Source of the DNA: a virus
Reading direction: 5' to 3' (one strand)
DNA: 64,000 bases
Virus record (IMG/VR): IMGVR_UViG_3300033802_000252
Coordinates: 77,891-141,890 of that record
Positions 29,799 to 38,297 of the stretch are shown here, piece by piece; the first letter of the stretch is position 1, and the number at the start of each line of letters is the position of its first letter. Position numbers and translations under genes: made by a program. The notes under the pieces were generated by a model. The model had not been told where the DNA came from, made no database searches, and worked only from the letters and a program-made list of their open reading frames with translations.

Positions 29799-30017
29799 AT
29801 GAAAGTGATAGATCATGTAACTAAAAATGAAATTGGCGAAATGAAATTTAATTCATTTAAAGTTGATGATACTTTTAGAATTCAATTTTCTGATGGAAGT
29901 CAAAAATACTATTTAGTGACTGGCGTGGATTATAGTGATGATGGAAAAGTTTATTTTTTTGAAATGACAAAAGATCAATATAATAAGGGACTGCGAATTA
30001 AGGACTTACTAGTTTAA
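29799..30017 (+). CDS. Hypothetical protein
   Basis: RBS GGGGG, 72 aa. Confidence 0.6.
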   Translation: MKVIDHVTKNEIGEMKFNSFKVDDTFRIQFSDGSQKYYLVTGVDYSDDGKVYFFEMTKDQYNKGLRIKDLLV

Positions 30018-30266
30018 TAAACATTTTGGAGAAGAGGTGAAATAATGCTCAGAGGTTGGATTGGTGCAGATTATGAAGATAAAGAGCATCTTGAGAATTT
30101 AGGAATAATTTTAGGTGAATACGATGAAGCAAATGGTGAGTTTAAGGATTGTATTGTTTCAGAAGAAGCATTTCGAAAATTAGAGCCATATTGGTTTATC
30201 CGATATATATGGCATCTTCAATAATCATTTTTAAAAGATGTAGAAAAATACTGGAGGTTGATTTAA

Positions 30267-30338
30267 ATTAGAGTATTGTCACTTTTTGATGGAATGTCCA
30301 GTAAGAAAATAAAGAGTAAGGAATTTGATAACAGATGA
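30267..30338 (+). pseudogene. Remnant of a C5 methyltransferase N-terminus (motif I)
   Basis: RBS GGAGG, then IRVLSLFDGMS, then unrelated sequence and a stop. Confidence 0.55.
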
Positions 30339-30577
30339 ACAAATTTGCATTTTACAATGATACACAAAAACAAGTCCATATTCATCCTGCAACATTTAAA
30401 TATGGTTGTAAATGTACAAGTATTTTGCCAATTAAACATATGGAATACAGAGTGTTTGATTTACCACAAGGAACAATGCCAATGCTAAAGGTATGGGACT
30501 ATGGAGATAGGGGACTTGGTATTTTAGTTACATCTTTGTCAATTGAAGATTGGAGTGATAATAAAAATGAAATCTAA
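30335..30577 (+). CDS. Hypothetical protein, paralog of 15125-15346
   Basis: Shared IHPATF..GC and LP.GT.PMLK.W. Confidence 0.7.
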   Translation: MNKFAFYNDTQKQVHIHPATFKYGCKCTSILPIKHMEYRVFDLPQGTMPMLKVWDYGDRGLGILVTSLSIEDWSDNKNEI

Positions 30578-30585
30578 TTGCTCAA

Positions 30586-30891
30586 TTGAACATAGATGGC
30601 GTTCGCTCTAATATTCAAACATTCAATAAAGAGCAAATTATTTCAATACTTGTTAAATTAAATGCATATGCATTATCAGCTAAAGACCTTGGCATTTTAG
30701 AAGAATACATTATTAGTGGATATAATGTAATGGATTGGATTGCAGACTTAAAAGCCAAACTTGAACATGTCACTAGAAAAGAAGAAATTCAAAAACTAAA
30801 AAGTATGGAGGCCAAACTAGACCGACTACTATCTGATGAAAAGAAAGTAGAACTGGAAATTGATGAGATTGCTAAAATGTTAAAAGAATAA
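30586..30891 (+). CDS. Hypothetical phage protein (possibly frameshifted at the 5' end)
   Basis: The RBS-supported ATG near 30567 is out of frame; C-terminal coiled coil. Confidence 0.55.
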   Translation: MNIDGVRSNIQTFNKEQIISILVKLNAYALSAKDLGILEEYIISGYNVMDWIADLKAKLEHVTRKEEIQKLKSMEAKLDRLLSDEKKVELEIDEIAKMLKE

Positions 30892-31198
30892 TTTTATAGG
30901 AGGGTTAGAAAGTGTCAGATCAATCAAAACAGTTGACTGAAATGGTTTTAAAGGAACTTGAAAAAGCCGGGATTAATGCTAAGAAAGTGGGCAGGAACGA
31001 TATCACATCAGCCATTGTCGGGAATCGCCTTAAAAAATTGCATATCAATTTAAGAGAATCCTATCGATTTTCCGTACACTGACGATTGGTTTATTTGCAA
31101 AATTTTATTCAGGCTCTGCAACGCATCTAAAGGGATACATTTTGAGTTTAGTTCAATAAAAATAAAATATAATATTGAAATAATGGAGGTAAAAGTAT

Positions 31199-31828
31199 AT
31201 AATTAGTTATACAATAAAACAAATTAAATTTTCTGATGCTAGGGACTATATCAAGAAGCATCATTATTCGCATGGCTGTCATAATGGTGCTTCTCCTTGC
31301 TTTGGTTTGTTCGATAAAGATGAATTAATTGGTGTTTTAATGTTTGCTACACCATGTAGTGAAGCAGTAAGGGCGAGTGTATTTGGAAAATAATACAAAG
31401 ATCATGTAACAGAATTGCATAGACTACATATTTTAGACGTTACACCTAGAAATACTGAGAGTTGGTTTATTTCCAGATGCCTTAAAGAGTTGAAAAAAAT
31501 TAAACCTAAAATATGGGCAGTATTATCATTTGCAGATAAGACAGAAGGACATGAGGGAATAATATATAAAGCGACAAATGCGTATAGACTTGGTTCAACA
31601 GGAAGGGCTAAATTTTACATAGATCAAGAGGGAAGGTTAAGACATCCTAGACAAAACGGTGTAAATATTACTGAATCGACGGCTGCTGAAATAGGTTGGA
31701 AAACTGTTATGAGAGATGCGAAAAATAGATATATGTGGTTGTTGCCAGATAATAAACGGCATAAAAAAGAGTTATTGAAATTATGTGATACTTACTTTAA
31801 GAAATATTTGAACGACAAAATAAAATAA
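31199..31828 (+). pseudogene. Mom-like adenine-modification protein (GNAT fold) with in-frame TAA at 31391
   Basis: RBS GGAGG, ATA start; HHYSH, LIGVLMF..P, [TAA], ELHRL, N.ESWFISRCLK, VLSFAD..EGHEG.IYKATN. Confidence 0.8.
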
Positions 31829-31854
31829 AATCTAGAAAAGAGAGGAAACCAAAT

Positions 31855-32127
31855 GTGCCTATTATCACTAAAGATAATGTAAAATATCTTCAATTTGGAT
31901 ACGGTGATATTTTTGTTGGTGATGCTAGAGACAAAAAAACTGAAAAAGTGTTTGGAGTAGTATTTGCTTTAACCGAACCTAAAGAAATAGGAACAGAGTG
32001 GAAAGAGGTAAAAGATAAACCTTTAGATGATTTTGATGTACATGTAGTAATGCAATTCGATGATATTAGATCGCTGGACGTTGTGATTGAAGTATTAGAA
32101 AACATTAGAAAAGAAATGATTCTTTAA
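31855..32127 (+). CDS. Hypothetical protein (intact paralog of 24589-24875)
   Basis: RBS GAGG, GTG start. Confidence 0.7.
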   Translation: MPIITKDNVKYLQFGYGDIFVGDARDKKTEKVFGVVFALTEPKEIGTEWKEVKDKPLDDFDVHVVMQFDDIRSLDVVIEVLENIRKEMIL

Positions 32128-32302
32128 AATGGAAATTAATGTTTTCTTTAAAATCGTTTTTAGTGAAAAAAGGAAGAGGTGATTTGTTTAAAATATAAAT
32201 TTCAGATGTTATAATATTGAGATTTGAAAATATTGTTGAACTAGATGGGTTCATTATGACCTTAAAGAAAATTTCAAGGGAAATAAAGGGATTAGAGGGG
32301 GA

Positions 32303-32605
32303 TTGAAAATGAAGTGTAAAGATTGTAACTATTTTAAATATAACTATAAAAACAAAGGAACATGTTATCATCCTGACGTACCATTATTAATTGTAAAACG
32401 TGATATGGAATGTAAATTTGAAGTAACAAAACTCAGATGCAGTATGTGTAAATATTGGCTTCCAGCAGAAGGTTTTAAAAGAGAAGATGATTGTGGTGGC
32501 TGCACATTTGGAGGTGGGTTTTATCCAATGTTTCTAAGAGAGCCATGTAATCTAAAAGAAGAATATAGGGTACAGGTTGAAAAAGAACATTCGGAATTTG
32601 TTTGA
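32303..32605 (+). CDS. Cys-rich hypothetical protein
   Basis: CKDCNYF...C...C...CSMCKYW...C..C...C. Confidence 0.65.
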   Translation: MKMKCKDCNYFKYNYKNKGTCYHPDVPLLIVKRDMECKFEVTKLRCSMCKYWLPAEGFKREDDCGGCTFGGGFYPMFLREPCNLKEEYRVQVEKEHSEFV

Positions 32606-32621
32606 GGGGAAATGATTAAAA

Positions 32622-32909
32622 ATGAAAGCAATCATTGATGGAAAATTATATGATACTGATAAGGCCGAGTTGATTACTCTTTTCAAAAGATATGTTAAAC
32701 CGAGAAGTTTATTGATTGAAGAGTTTCAAGAATGGGTAATGTGTGAATTGTACAAAACCCCCAAAGGAGCATGGTTCGAAATTGTTGGAACCGATACTCG
32801 TAATCCAACTTTAAATGTAATACCTTTAGAGCAAGCCAAAATTATTATTAAAATTGCCGATATCGATAAGTTTCTTGAATTATTTCCTGATGAAGTGGAA
32901 GAAGCGTAA
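32622..32909 (+). CDS. Hypothetical phage protein
   Basis: IIDGKLYDTDKAELI...LYKTPKGAWF. Confidence 0.7.
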   Translation: MKAIIDGKLYDTDKAELITLFKRYVKPRSLLIEEFQEWVMCELYKTPKGAWFEIVGTDTRNPTLNVIPLEQAKIIIKIADIDKFLELFPDEVEEA

Positions 32910-32933
32910 AATATATTAGGAGGAAATATTGAA

Positions 32934-33152
32934 ATGTATGATTGGCTTAAAGTATTAGAAACTGCTAATACAGTATTCCTAAAAATCGATGATGGGATTT
33001 ATGAAGTTTATAAAGATCGTAATGAACAATTTTCAGGAGCATTATATGTGGGGATAGAAGAAGTTATTAATGAATTAAATTCGAATCTAAAAGTTGCCAT
33101 TGTTAAATTGACTGAAACTGGAGTTCCGGTTGTAATACATTTTGATGAATAA
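32934..33152 (+). CDS. Hypothetical protein
   Basis: RBS AGGAGG. Confidence 0.6.
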   Translation: MYDWLKVLETANTVFLKIDDGIYEVYKDRNEQFSGALYVGIEEVINELNSNLKVAIVKLTETGVPVVIHFDE

Positions 33153-33172
33153 AAACAAAAAGGAGTGATAAT

Positions 33173-33358
33173 ATGTCAAAATGGACGAACCAAGAAATTG
33201 CAGAGAAAATGGAGATTGAAGGTTTAGGATATTTGATTCAACACTATATTTCAAGCGAAAGCATTGAAGATGAATGGCTGGCAGCTAAGTGGAAGAAGTG
33301 TGAGAAATTATTTAATGAAATACAAAATTATTTGAGTAAATATTTGCAAGATTGGTGA
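33173..33358 (+). CDS. Hypothetical protein
   Basis: RBS AAGGAG. Confidence 0.6.
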   Translation: MSKWTNQEIAEKMEIEGLGYLIQHYISSESIEDEWLAAKWKKCEKLFNEIQNYLSKYLQDW

Positions 33359-33545
33359 CTCAAATGGATAAAATTTACAAAACCAAGAGCAATGAAAAAC
33401 TGTTCACAATGAATGGATGAATGCTTGTGTTAGTCCACACACAAGATTATGTCTACATATTGCATCAATTGTGCAAAATTGCTGGAATAAGTAGTTAAAA
33501 GACTTTTTATAAATGAATTTATAATCCAAATTAGGAGGAAATAAA

Positions 33546-33764
33546 ATGAATATTATTAACATTATTGAAGAAAAAATTAAAAATCTACAAAAAGAAATTG
33601 ATGAAATTAATGAATTATTTGATGAAGATTTTGACCCTCAAGATTGGTCTGGTGGCAATTTTGATGACTGTTACGACCTTGGGTATGGTCATGGGAAAAA
33701 GTTTGGACGAATGGCAGCTTATAAAGAAATTTTAGAGTTTCTATTGAAAAATAAAGCGAGGTAA
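33546..33764 (+). CDS. Hypothetical protein
   Basis: RBS AGGAGG; FDPQDWSGGNFDDCYDLG. Confidence 0.65.
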   Translation: MNIINIIEEKIKNLQKEIDEINELFDEDFDPQDWSGGNFDDCYDLGYGHGKKFGRMAAYKEILEFLLKNKAR

Positions 33765-33768
33765 CAAA

Positions 33769-33954
33769 ATGGCTATTAAAAAACAAATAATTGTATTCTC
33801 AGTAATTTTTAATGAAGATGATACATATGCAAATTCAGCAGCAGAAGCAATTTCTCATTGTTTGTGCAATGAAGATGGCATTATAGAATGGGATTATAGA
33901 ATCAAAAAGGAAGAAACGTTAACAAGTGTTTTAAACGATGAGGATTTAGATTGA
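33769..33954 (+). CDS. Hypothetical protein
   Basis: RBS GAGG. Confidence 0.55.
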   Translation: MAIKKQIIVFSVIFNEDDTYANSAAEAISHCLCNEDGIIEWDYRIKKEETLTSVLNDEDLD

Positions 33955-33975
33955 ATAAAAGAGGAGGAGTAATAT

Positions 33976-34602
33976 ATGTCGTTTGTAAACTATGAAGAGC
34001 AACTTAATGAAATTTTTGAGGAAAAGGACGAAGTTTATAAAGTGCAACAAGAAGAAGGATGGCGCATTCAAGATTTAGAAACGGCTTTATGGGCTGATGA
34101 AATTGTTCATCAAAGAGAAGAGAAGGTGGCAGAAATTGAACGAGTGTATCAGGAGCGAAAAGAAAAGCTACTGGCAAAATTAGATGAATGGAAAGAACAA
34201 ACTCTTAAACCTTTGTAAAATGATATTGAGTTTTTTAAAACACACTTACACCTTTGGCACATGAAAGTGGTTGAAGAAGAAAAAAGAAATAATGCAAAGA
34301 AATTAAGCAAAACAATCAAGCTGCAATATCGTGACCTTACATATCGGAAACAAAATCCGCAAATTCTTATCAATGGTAAAGAGCCAGAGAAAGCAAAAGG
34401 CGATCCAATGCTGGTTTCATTTGTTAAAGAAAATAGACCTGATTTAATTAAAGAAGAAGTTGCATGGAAAGAATTTAAAGACACACTGAAACAAGTGGAA
34501 ATTGATGGTAAGTTGATGTATGTTGATGAAAATGGAGAACCAATTACCTTTATTGAATTGGTTCCTAGAGAAGATAAGTTTGATTGGAAGGTTAAAAATT
34601 AA
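33976..34602 (+). pseudogene. Gam-family host-nuclease inhibitor with in-frame TAA at 34216
   Basis: ORFs 33976-34218 and 34261-34602 are in the same frame, separated by a single TAA; W.I.D..TA.WA, SKTI.L, RKQ.P, EEVAWKEFK. Confidence 0.7.
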
Positions 34603-34666
34603 GACTATAAGGCGGAGTCCTAAATGGAGGAATAAACAATGATACGGTTAACGTGTTAAAATGTAC

Positions 34667-34828
34667 AAAATCGCATAAACAAGCGATTATACAGTATGTA
34701 CCGATGGCTTAGTCGGGAATTTACGCCTGTGGAGTGTTGTAGAACCTGTAGTAGCATGATGCGAGGCAGAACACGTTGAAGCAGGAACTTTTCTCGATAT
34801 GGATATTTGTCCATATTTTGAGTAGCAG
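34667..34828 (+). mobile_element. IS607-family tnpB 3' end / RAGATH-18-like omegaRNA remnant, copy 2 (no tnpB ORF)
   Basis: 162 bp; differs from 1797-1959 by two small indels only; retains TACAAAATCGCATAA (YKIA*). Confidence 0.75.
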
Positions 34829-35243
34829 TTTTCTTCTGATATTACAGATGAAGATATTGACGGTTTAATAAGTGAATTGGATGTTGACATTTAGTGGGGG
34901 GTTATTGAAATGACATTAAATCAAAACCAAAAAGAATATTTTTTAAATATTCTAGAGAAAGTTGATGCAGAAGAACTAAAAAGAGCATTAAGACTTATGT
35001 TTAAGGTTGGTCTACCATTATTAGCTATTTTAGACAATATGGACGAAGATGAAGAAGATATATAAAAGATTCTATGATAAGATCATTATATAGGCAAGCA
35101 GATAAACTTTATAAGATGAACAACCGTGACTATATAGACAATATAAGTCGAAAATTAACGAGACTTCAGAAAGATAGAAGTGAGTGGGAGAACAGATATC
35201 GTGAATTGATGAAGATTAGTATTATATATGGAGGCTATCTAGC

Positions 35244-35417
35244 ATGAAAACACTAATTGATTCCTTATTGTCACTTGGCACAGGTTTGATTGTTGGAGTT
35301 ATTTTTGCGTTGGTTCGCCTTCCTGTTCCAGCGCCTGCGGTTCTACCTGGGGTAGCAGGTATTTTGGGTATTACAATTGGATATTTGATAGTTCTGCATT
35401 TTATCTTCAAAGAATAA
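35244..35417 (+). CDS. XapX/DUF1427 small membrane protein (second copy)
   Basis: RBS GGAGG; G..VGVIFALVRLPVPAP...GVAGILGITIGY. Confidence 0.8.
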   Translation: MKTLIDSLLSLGTGLIVGVIFALVRLPVPAPAVLPGVAGILGITIGYLIVLHFIFKE

Positions 35418-35614
35418 AAGTAAAAAATATAACTTGAATATGGTGAAATGTCTTGATATGATTATATATAGATACAAATTGTTTTACCCTTAAAGGGTTT
35501 AACATAGATATCATATTTATAAAAGGAGTGTTTGTTATGTAGCCGCTCAAAATGAATGATAAATTATACCGATACCTATAAAAATAAAAAATAAAAGGGA
35601 GATGTATAATAAAC

Positions 35615-36634
35615 ATGAAAAAAAATGATGTAGAAAAGCAAGAACTTCGCCAAGCAATTAACAAACTTGAAATTGTGGGAGTTGTAAAAGAAAGCAAGTT
35701 GAACGCTGGCGAATCCGATAAAGGTAAATATATTAACGGTTCACTTGTCATTAAAGCAGGTGAGTTTACAGAAGTTGAAGTAAAGGTTTTTGTAAATGAA
35801 AAGACTAAGGATGGAAACACACGTAAGGTCTATTCTACTTTGAAGCAAATACTTGATAAGAATGTAAGCACACTCGCTGATGGTGTAAACGAAGAAGAGG
35901 CTGTAAAGGTTCGCATTTGGGGCAATGATAATTTTGCACCACAATTTCGTGAAGAAATGTATGTGTCTGAAAGCAACCCAACCGAGGTAACCACAAGAAT
36001 TTCACTTGACCTTGGCTTTGGAAACGTGACGATTAATGATACATATAAACCAGAAGATTATAAAGCTGAATTTGATGTTGAAATGTTTATTCATAAAATT
36101 GAGGAAGAAGAAAAAGATGGTGAGCCAACTGGTCGAGCCATTGTAAAGGGGTATGTTCCTGCGTATGGTGGCACAGTATTCCCATTGACGATTGTTGCTG
36201 GCGAGATTGAAGATGAAGATGGTCAGCCGTATGATTTTGGGGAAGATGTTTTAAACGCTCTTCAAGAGGGAGATACAGTAAGGCTTTGGGGTGAAATCAA
36301 TCATCAGGTAATTGTTTCAAAGAAAAAAGTTGGCGGTGGTTTGGGTCGAGCAAAGACAGAAGAAACTCGTACATATGTAAACGAGTTAGTTGCCTACGGT
36401 GGAGATCTTATTGAAGACGAAGATAAAATGTTTGACGAAGATCTGATTAAAACGGCAGTCAAAGAGCGTGAAAACAAGAAGCAAGAGATTCTGCAGCAAC
36501 ATAATGAGAGTGAAAATAAGAAAGAATCAAAAAGTAGAGGTATGAGTAATAATCGTAATCACTCTGCACATTCTCAGGCTCAAAGACGTAATAATAATTC
36601 AGTTGGTGTTTCAGACGATGACATTCCTTTCTGA
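35615..36634 (+). CDS. SPbeta-type ssDNA-binding/replication protein
   Basis: Beta-rich body with acidic tail ending DDDIPF; first gene of the replication operon. Confidence 0.7.
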   Translation: MKKNDVEKQELRQAINKLEIVGVVKESKLNAGESDKGKYINGSLVIKAGEFTEVEVKVFVNEKTKDGNTRKVYSTLKQILDKNVSTLADGVNEEEAVKVRIWGNDNFAPQFREEMYVSESNPTEVTTRISLDLGFGNVTINDTYKPEDYKAEFDVEMFIHKIEEEEKDGEPTGRAIVKGYVPAYGGTVFPLTIVAGEIEDEDGQPYDFGEDVLNALQEGDTVRLWGEINHQVIVSKKKVGGGLGRAKTEETRTYVNELVAYGGDLIEDEDKMFDEDLIKTAVKERENKKQEILQQHNESENKKESKSRGMSNNRNHSAHSQAQRRNNNSVGVSDDDIPF

Positions 36635-36667
36635 CTAAATAGCTAATCAATGAATAATGGTAGAATT

Positions 36668-36697
36668 TATATGGAGTTGATAACTCAACTCCATATA
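36668..36697 (+). terminator. 13-bp inverted repeat between SSB-like and AAA genes
   Basis: TATATGGAGTTGA-TAAC-TCAACTCCATATA. Confidence 0.5.
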
Positions 36698-36723
36698 ATA
36701 AATAAAATATAGGAGTGATATTA

Positions 36724-37725
36724 TTGACGATTGATATTTTTAATTTGGAACCAACAAAAGTAAGTCGTGATTTAAGAGGCAAGATTGTGCTACTTTACGG
36801 AGAGATGAAAAGTGGGAAAACGAGTAATGCCGTAAAATTTCCTCGTCCCCTCTTACTCGCAGCAGAGCGTGGTTACAACGCACTAAGCGGAGTAAGAGCA
36901 CAAAATATAGACAAGTGGTCAGACTTTAAGCGAGTATTAAAACAATTGAAAGATCCAAGAGCAAAGCAAATGTATGAAACAGTTATTTTGGATACAGTAG
37001 ATATTTTTTATGACATGTGCGAATCATACATATGCTCCAGGGAAGGTGTAGATAAAATTGGTGATGTTCCTTATGGCGCTGGATATCGTTTTGTAGAAAA
37101 GGAATTTGATGAAGCTCTACGTTCGATCCCAATGTTGGATTTTGGATTGGTAATGATTTCTCATAGCGAAGACAAACAATTCACTGACGAAAAGGGACAG
37201 TCGTATAATAAAATTGTACCCACACTTCCCAAGACACCTCGTAAAATTGTATTGCGTATGGCAGATATTATTGGATATTCACGCACGGTAGAAACAGAAG
37301 AAGGGAACAAAACCTATCTTTATATGCGTGGGACACCAAGATTTGAAGCAGGTAGTCGATGGAAGTATACGCCTAATTATATTGAATTTAACTATGAAAA
37401 TCTTACAAATTCTATTGCAGATGCTATTGAAAAAGAAGAGCAGAGCGGAGCATGTGTTGTTGATGAACATATTAATACATATGAATCTAAACCTGAAATG
37501 AATTTTGATGATGTTATGGCTGAAATTAAGACTATAATTAATGAACTTCTAGAAATTGATAAGGATAATAATAACGACAAAAATACGAGAACTATAACTA
37601 GAACGGTTGAAAAGCACTTGGGTAAAGGAAAAAGATTAGCAGAAGCAGAGGAAGATCAAGTAGATATTGTAGCATTAATTCTTGAAGATCTAGAAGAGCT
37701 TTTGCGGTCGCAAACTAACGAATAA
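36724..37725 (+). CDS. AAA/P-loop NTPase (Sak4/AAA_24-like)
   Basis: LYGEMKSGKT, VILDTVD, MISH, ADIIGY. Confidence 0.85.
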   Translation: MTIDIFNLEPTKVSRDLRGKIVLLYGEMKSGKTSNAVKFPRPLLLAAERGYNALSGVRAQNIDKWSDFKRVLKQLKDPRAKQMYETVILDTVDIFYDMCESYICSREGVDKIGDVPYGAGYRFVEKEFDEALRSIPMLDFGLVMISHSEDKQFTDEKGQSYNKIVPTLPKTPRKIVLRMADIIGYSRTVETEEGNKTYLYMRGTPRFEAGSRWKYTPNYIEFNYENLTNSIADAIEKEEQSGACVVDEHINTYESKPEMNFDDVMAEIKTIINELLEIDKDNNNDKNTRTITRTVEKHLGKGKRLAEAEEDQVDIVALILEDLEELLRSQTNE

Positions 37726-37726
37726 T

Positions 37727-37751
37727 AACAAGGGGGTCTTTCCCCCTTGTT
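37727..37751 (+). terminator. GC-rich hairpin after AAA gene
   Basis: AACAAGGGGG-TCTTT-CCCCCTTGTT. Confidence 0.5.
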
Positions 37752-37769
37752 GCATAAGGAAGTGATATA

Positions 37770-38297
37770 TTGTCGAGAAAAGTAAAGTGTCCTGAATGCA
37801 ATACACTAAATTTCAAAGAAAATACCATTCAAATTGGTAATAGATATTATTGTCCCGAGTGCGCCGAGAAAAGAAGAAAAGAAATAGAAAAAAATACAGA
37901 TGGTTGGAATGAGTTGTTTAATTATATTTGTGATTTATATGATATAAGTGAGCCAACAGGTATGATGTATGGCCAATTAAAAAGATATAGAAATGAACCA
38001 TATAATTATACAAACAAAGGAATGTTGCTCACATTAAAGTATTATTATGAAGTGCTTGGCAATGATCTTAAAGAAGATGTTGGGTTGGGTATTATTGAAT
38101 ATGAATACGATAACGCAAAAAAACATTATCTAGATATATTACGAGTAAAGAAGAGTGTTCAAGATTTAGTTGTTTTTGAGGAAAAAATGCAAGAAGTCAA
38201 AGTAGTTTCTTCTTTCTGGTCAAAAAAGAAAAACAAGCAATTAAGTTTCGAAAATATCAAGCACGAGGGGGAAGAAATAGAAATTAATGAGGGTTAA
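37770..38297 (+). CDS. Zinc-finger replication protein (helicase-loader-like)
   Basis: VKCPEC...YYCPEC, GM.LTLKYYYEV, GIIEYEY; directly upstream of the helicase. Confidence 0.7.
   Translation: MSRKVKCPECNTLNFKENTIQIGNRYYCPECAEKRRKEIEKNTDGWNELFNYICDLYDISEPTGMMYGQLKRYRNEPYNYTNKGMLLTLKYYYEVLGNDLKEDVGLGIIEYEYDNAKKHYLDILRVKKSVQDLVVFEEKMQEVKVVSSFWSKKKNKQLSFENIKHEGEEIEINEG

Noticed and set aside
17460-34602. Stop-codon reassignment or suppression suggested by in-frame TAG/TAA in three genes
   Set aside because: TAA, TAG and TGA all end genes normally here, long core genes have no internal stops, and the tRNA anticodon TAA reads Leu UUA, so it is not a suppressor
1960-34845. 11-nt complementarity between the 3' flanks of the two omegaRNA copies (ATATCAGAAGA vs TCTTCTGATAT)
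   Set aside because: Short, AT-rich, and mismatched at guide positions 2-3, so cross-targeting is not supportable
35417-35614. Replication origin upstream of the replication operon
   Set aside because: AT-rich, but no iterons or DnaA boxes could be identified
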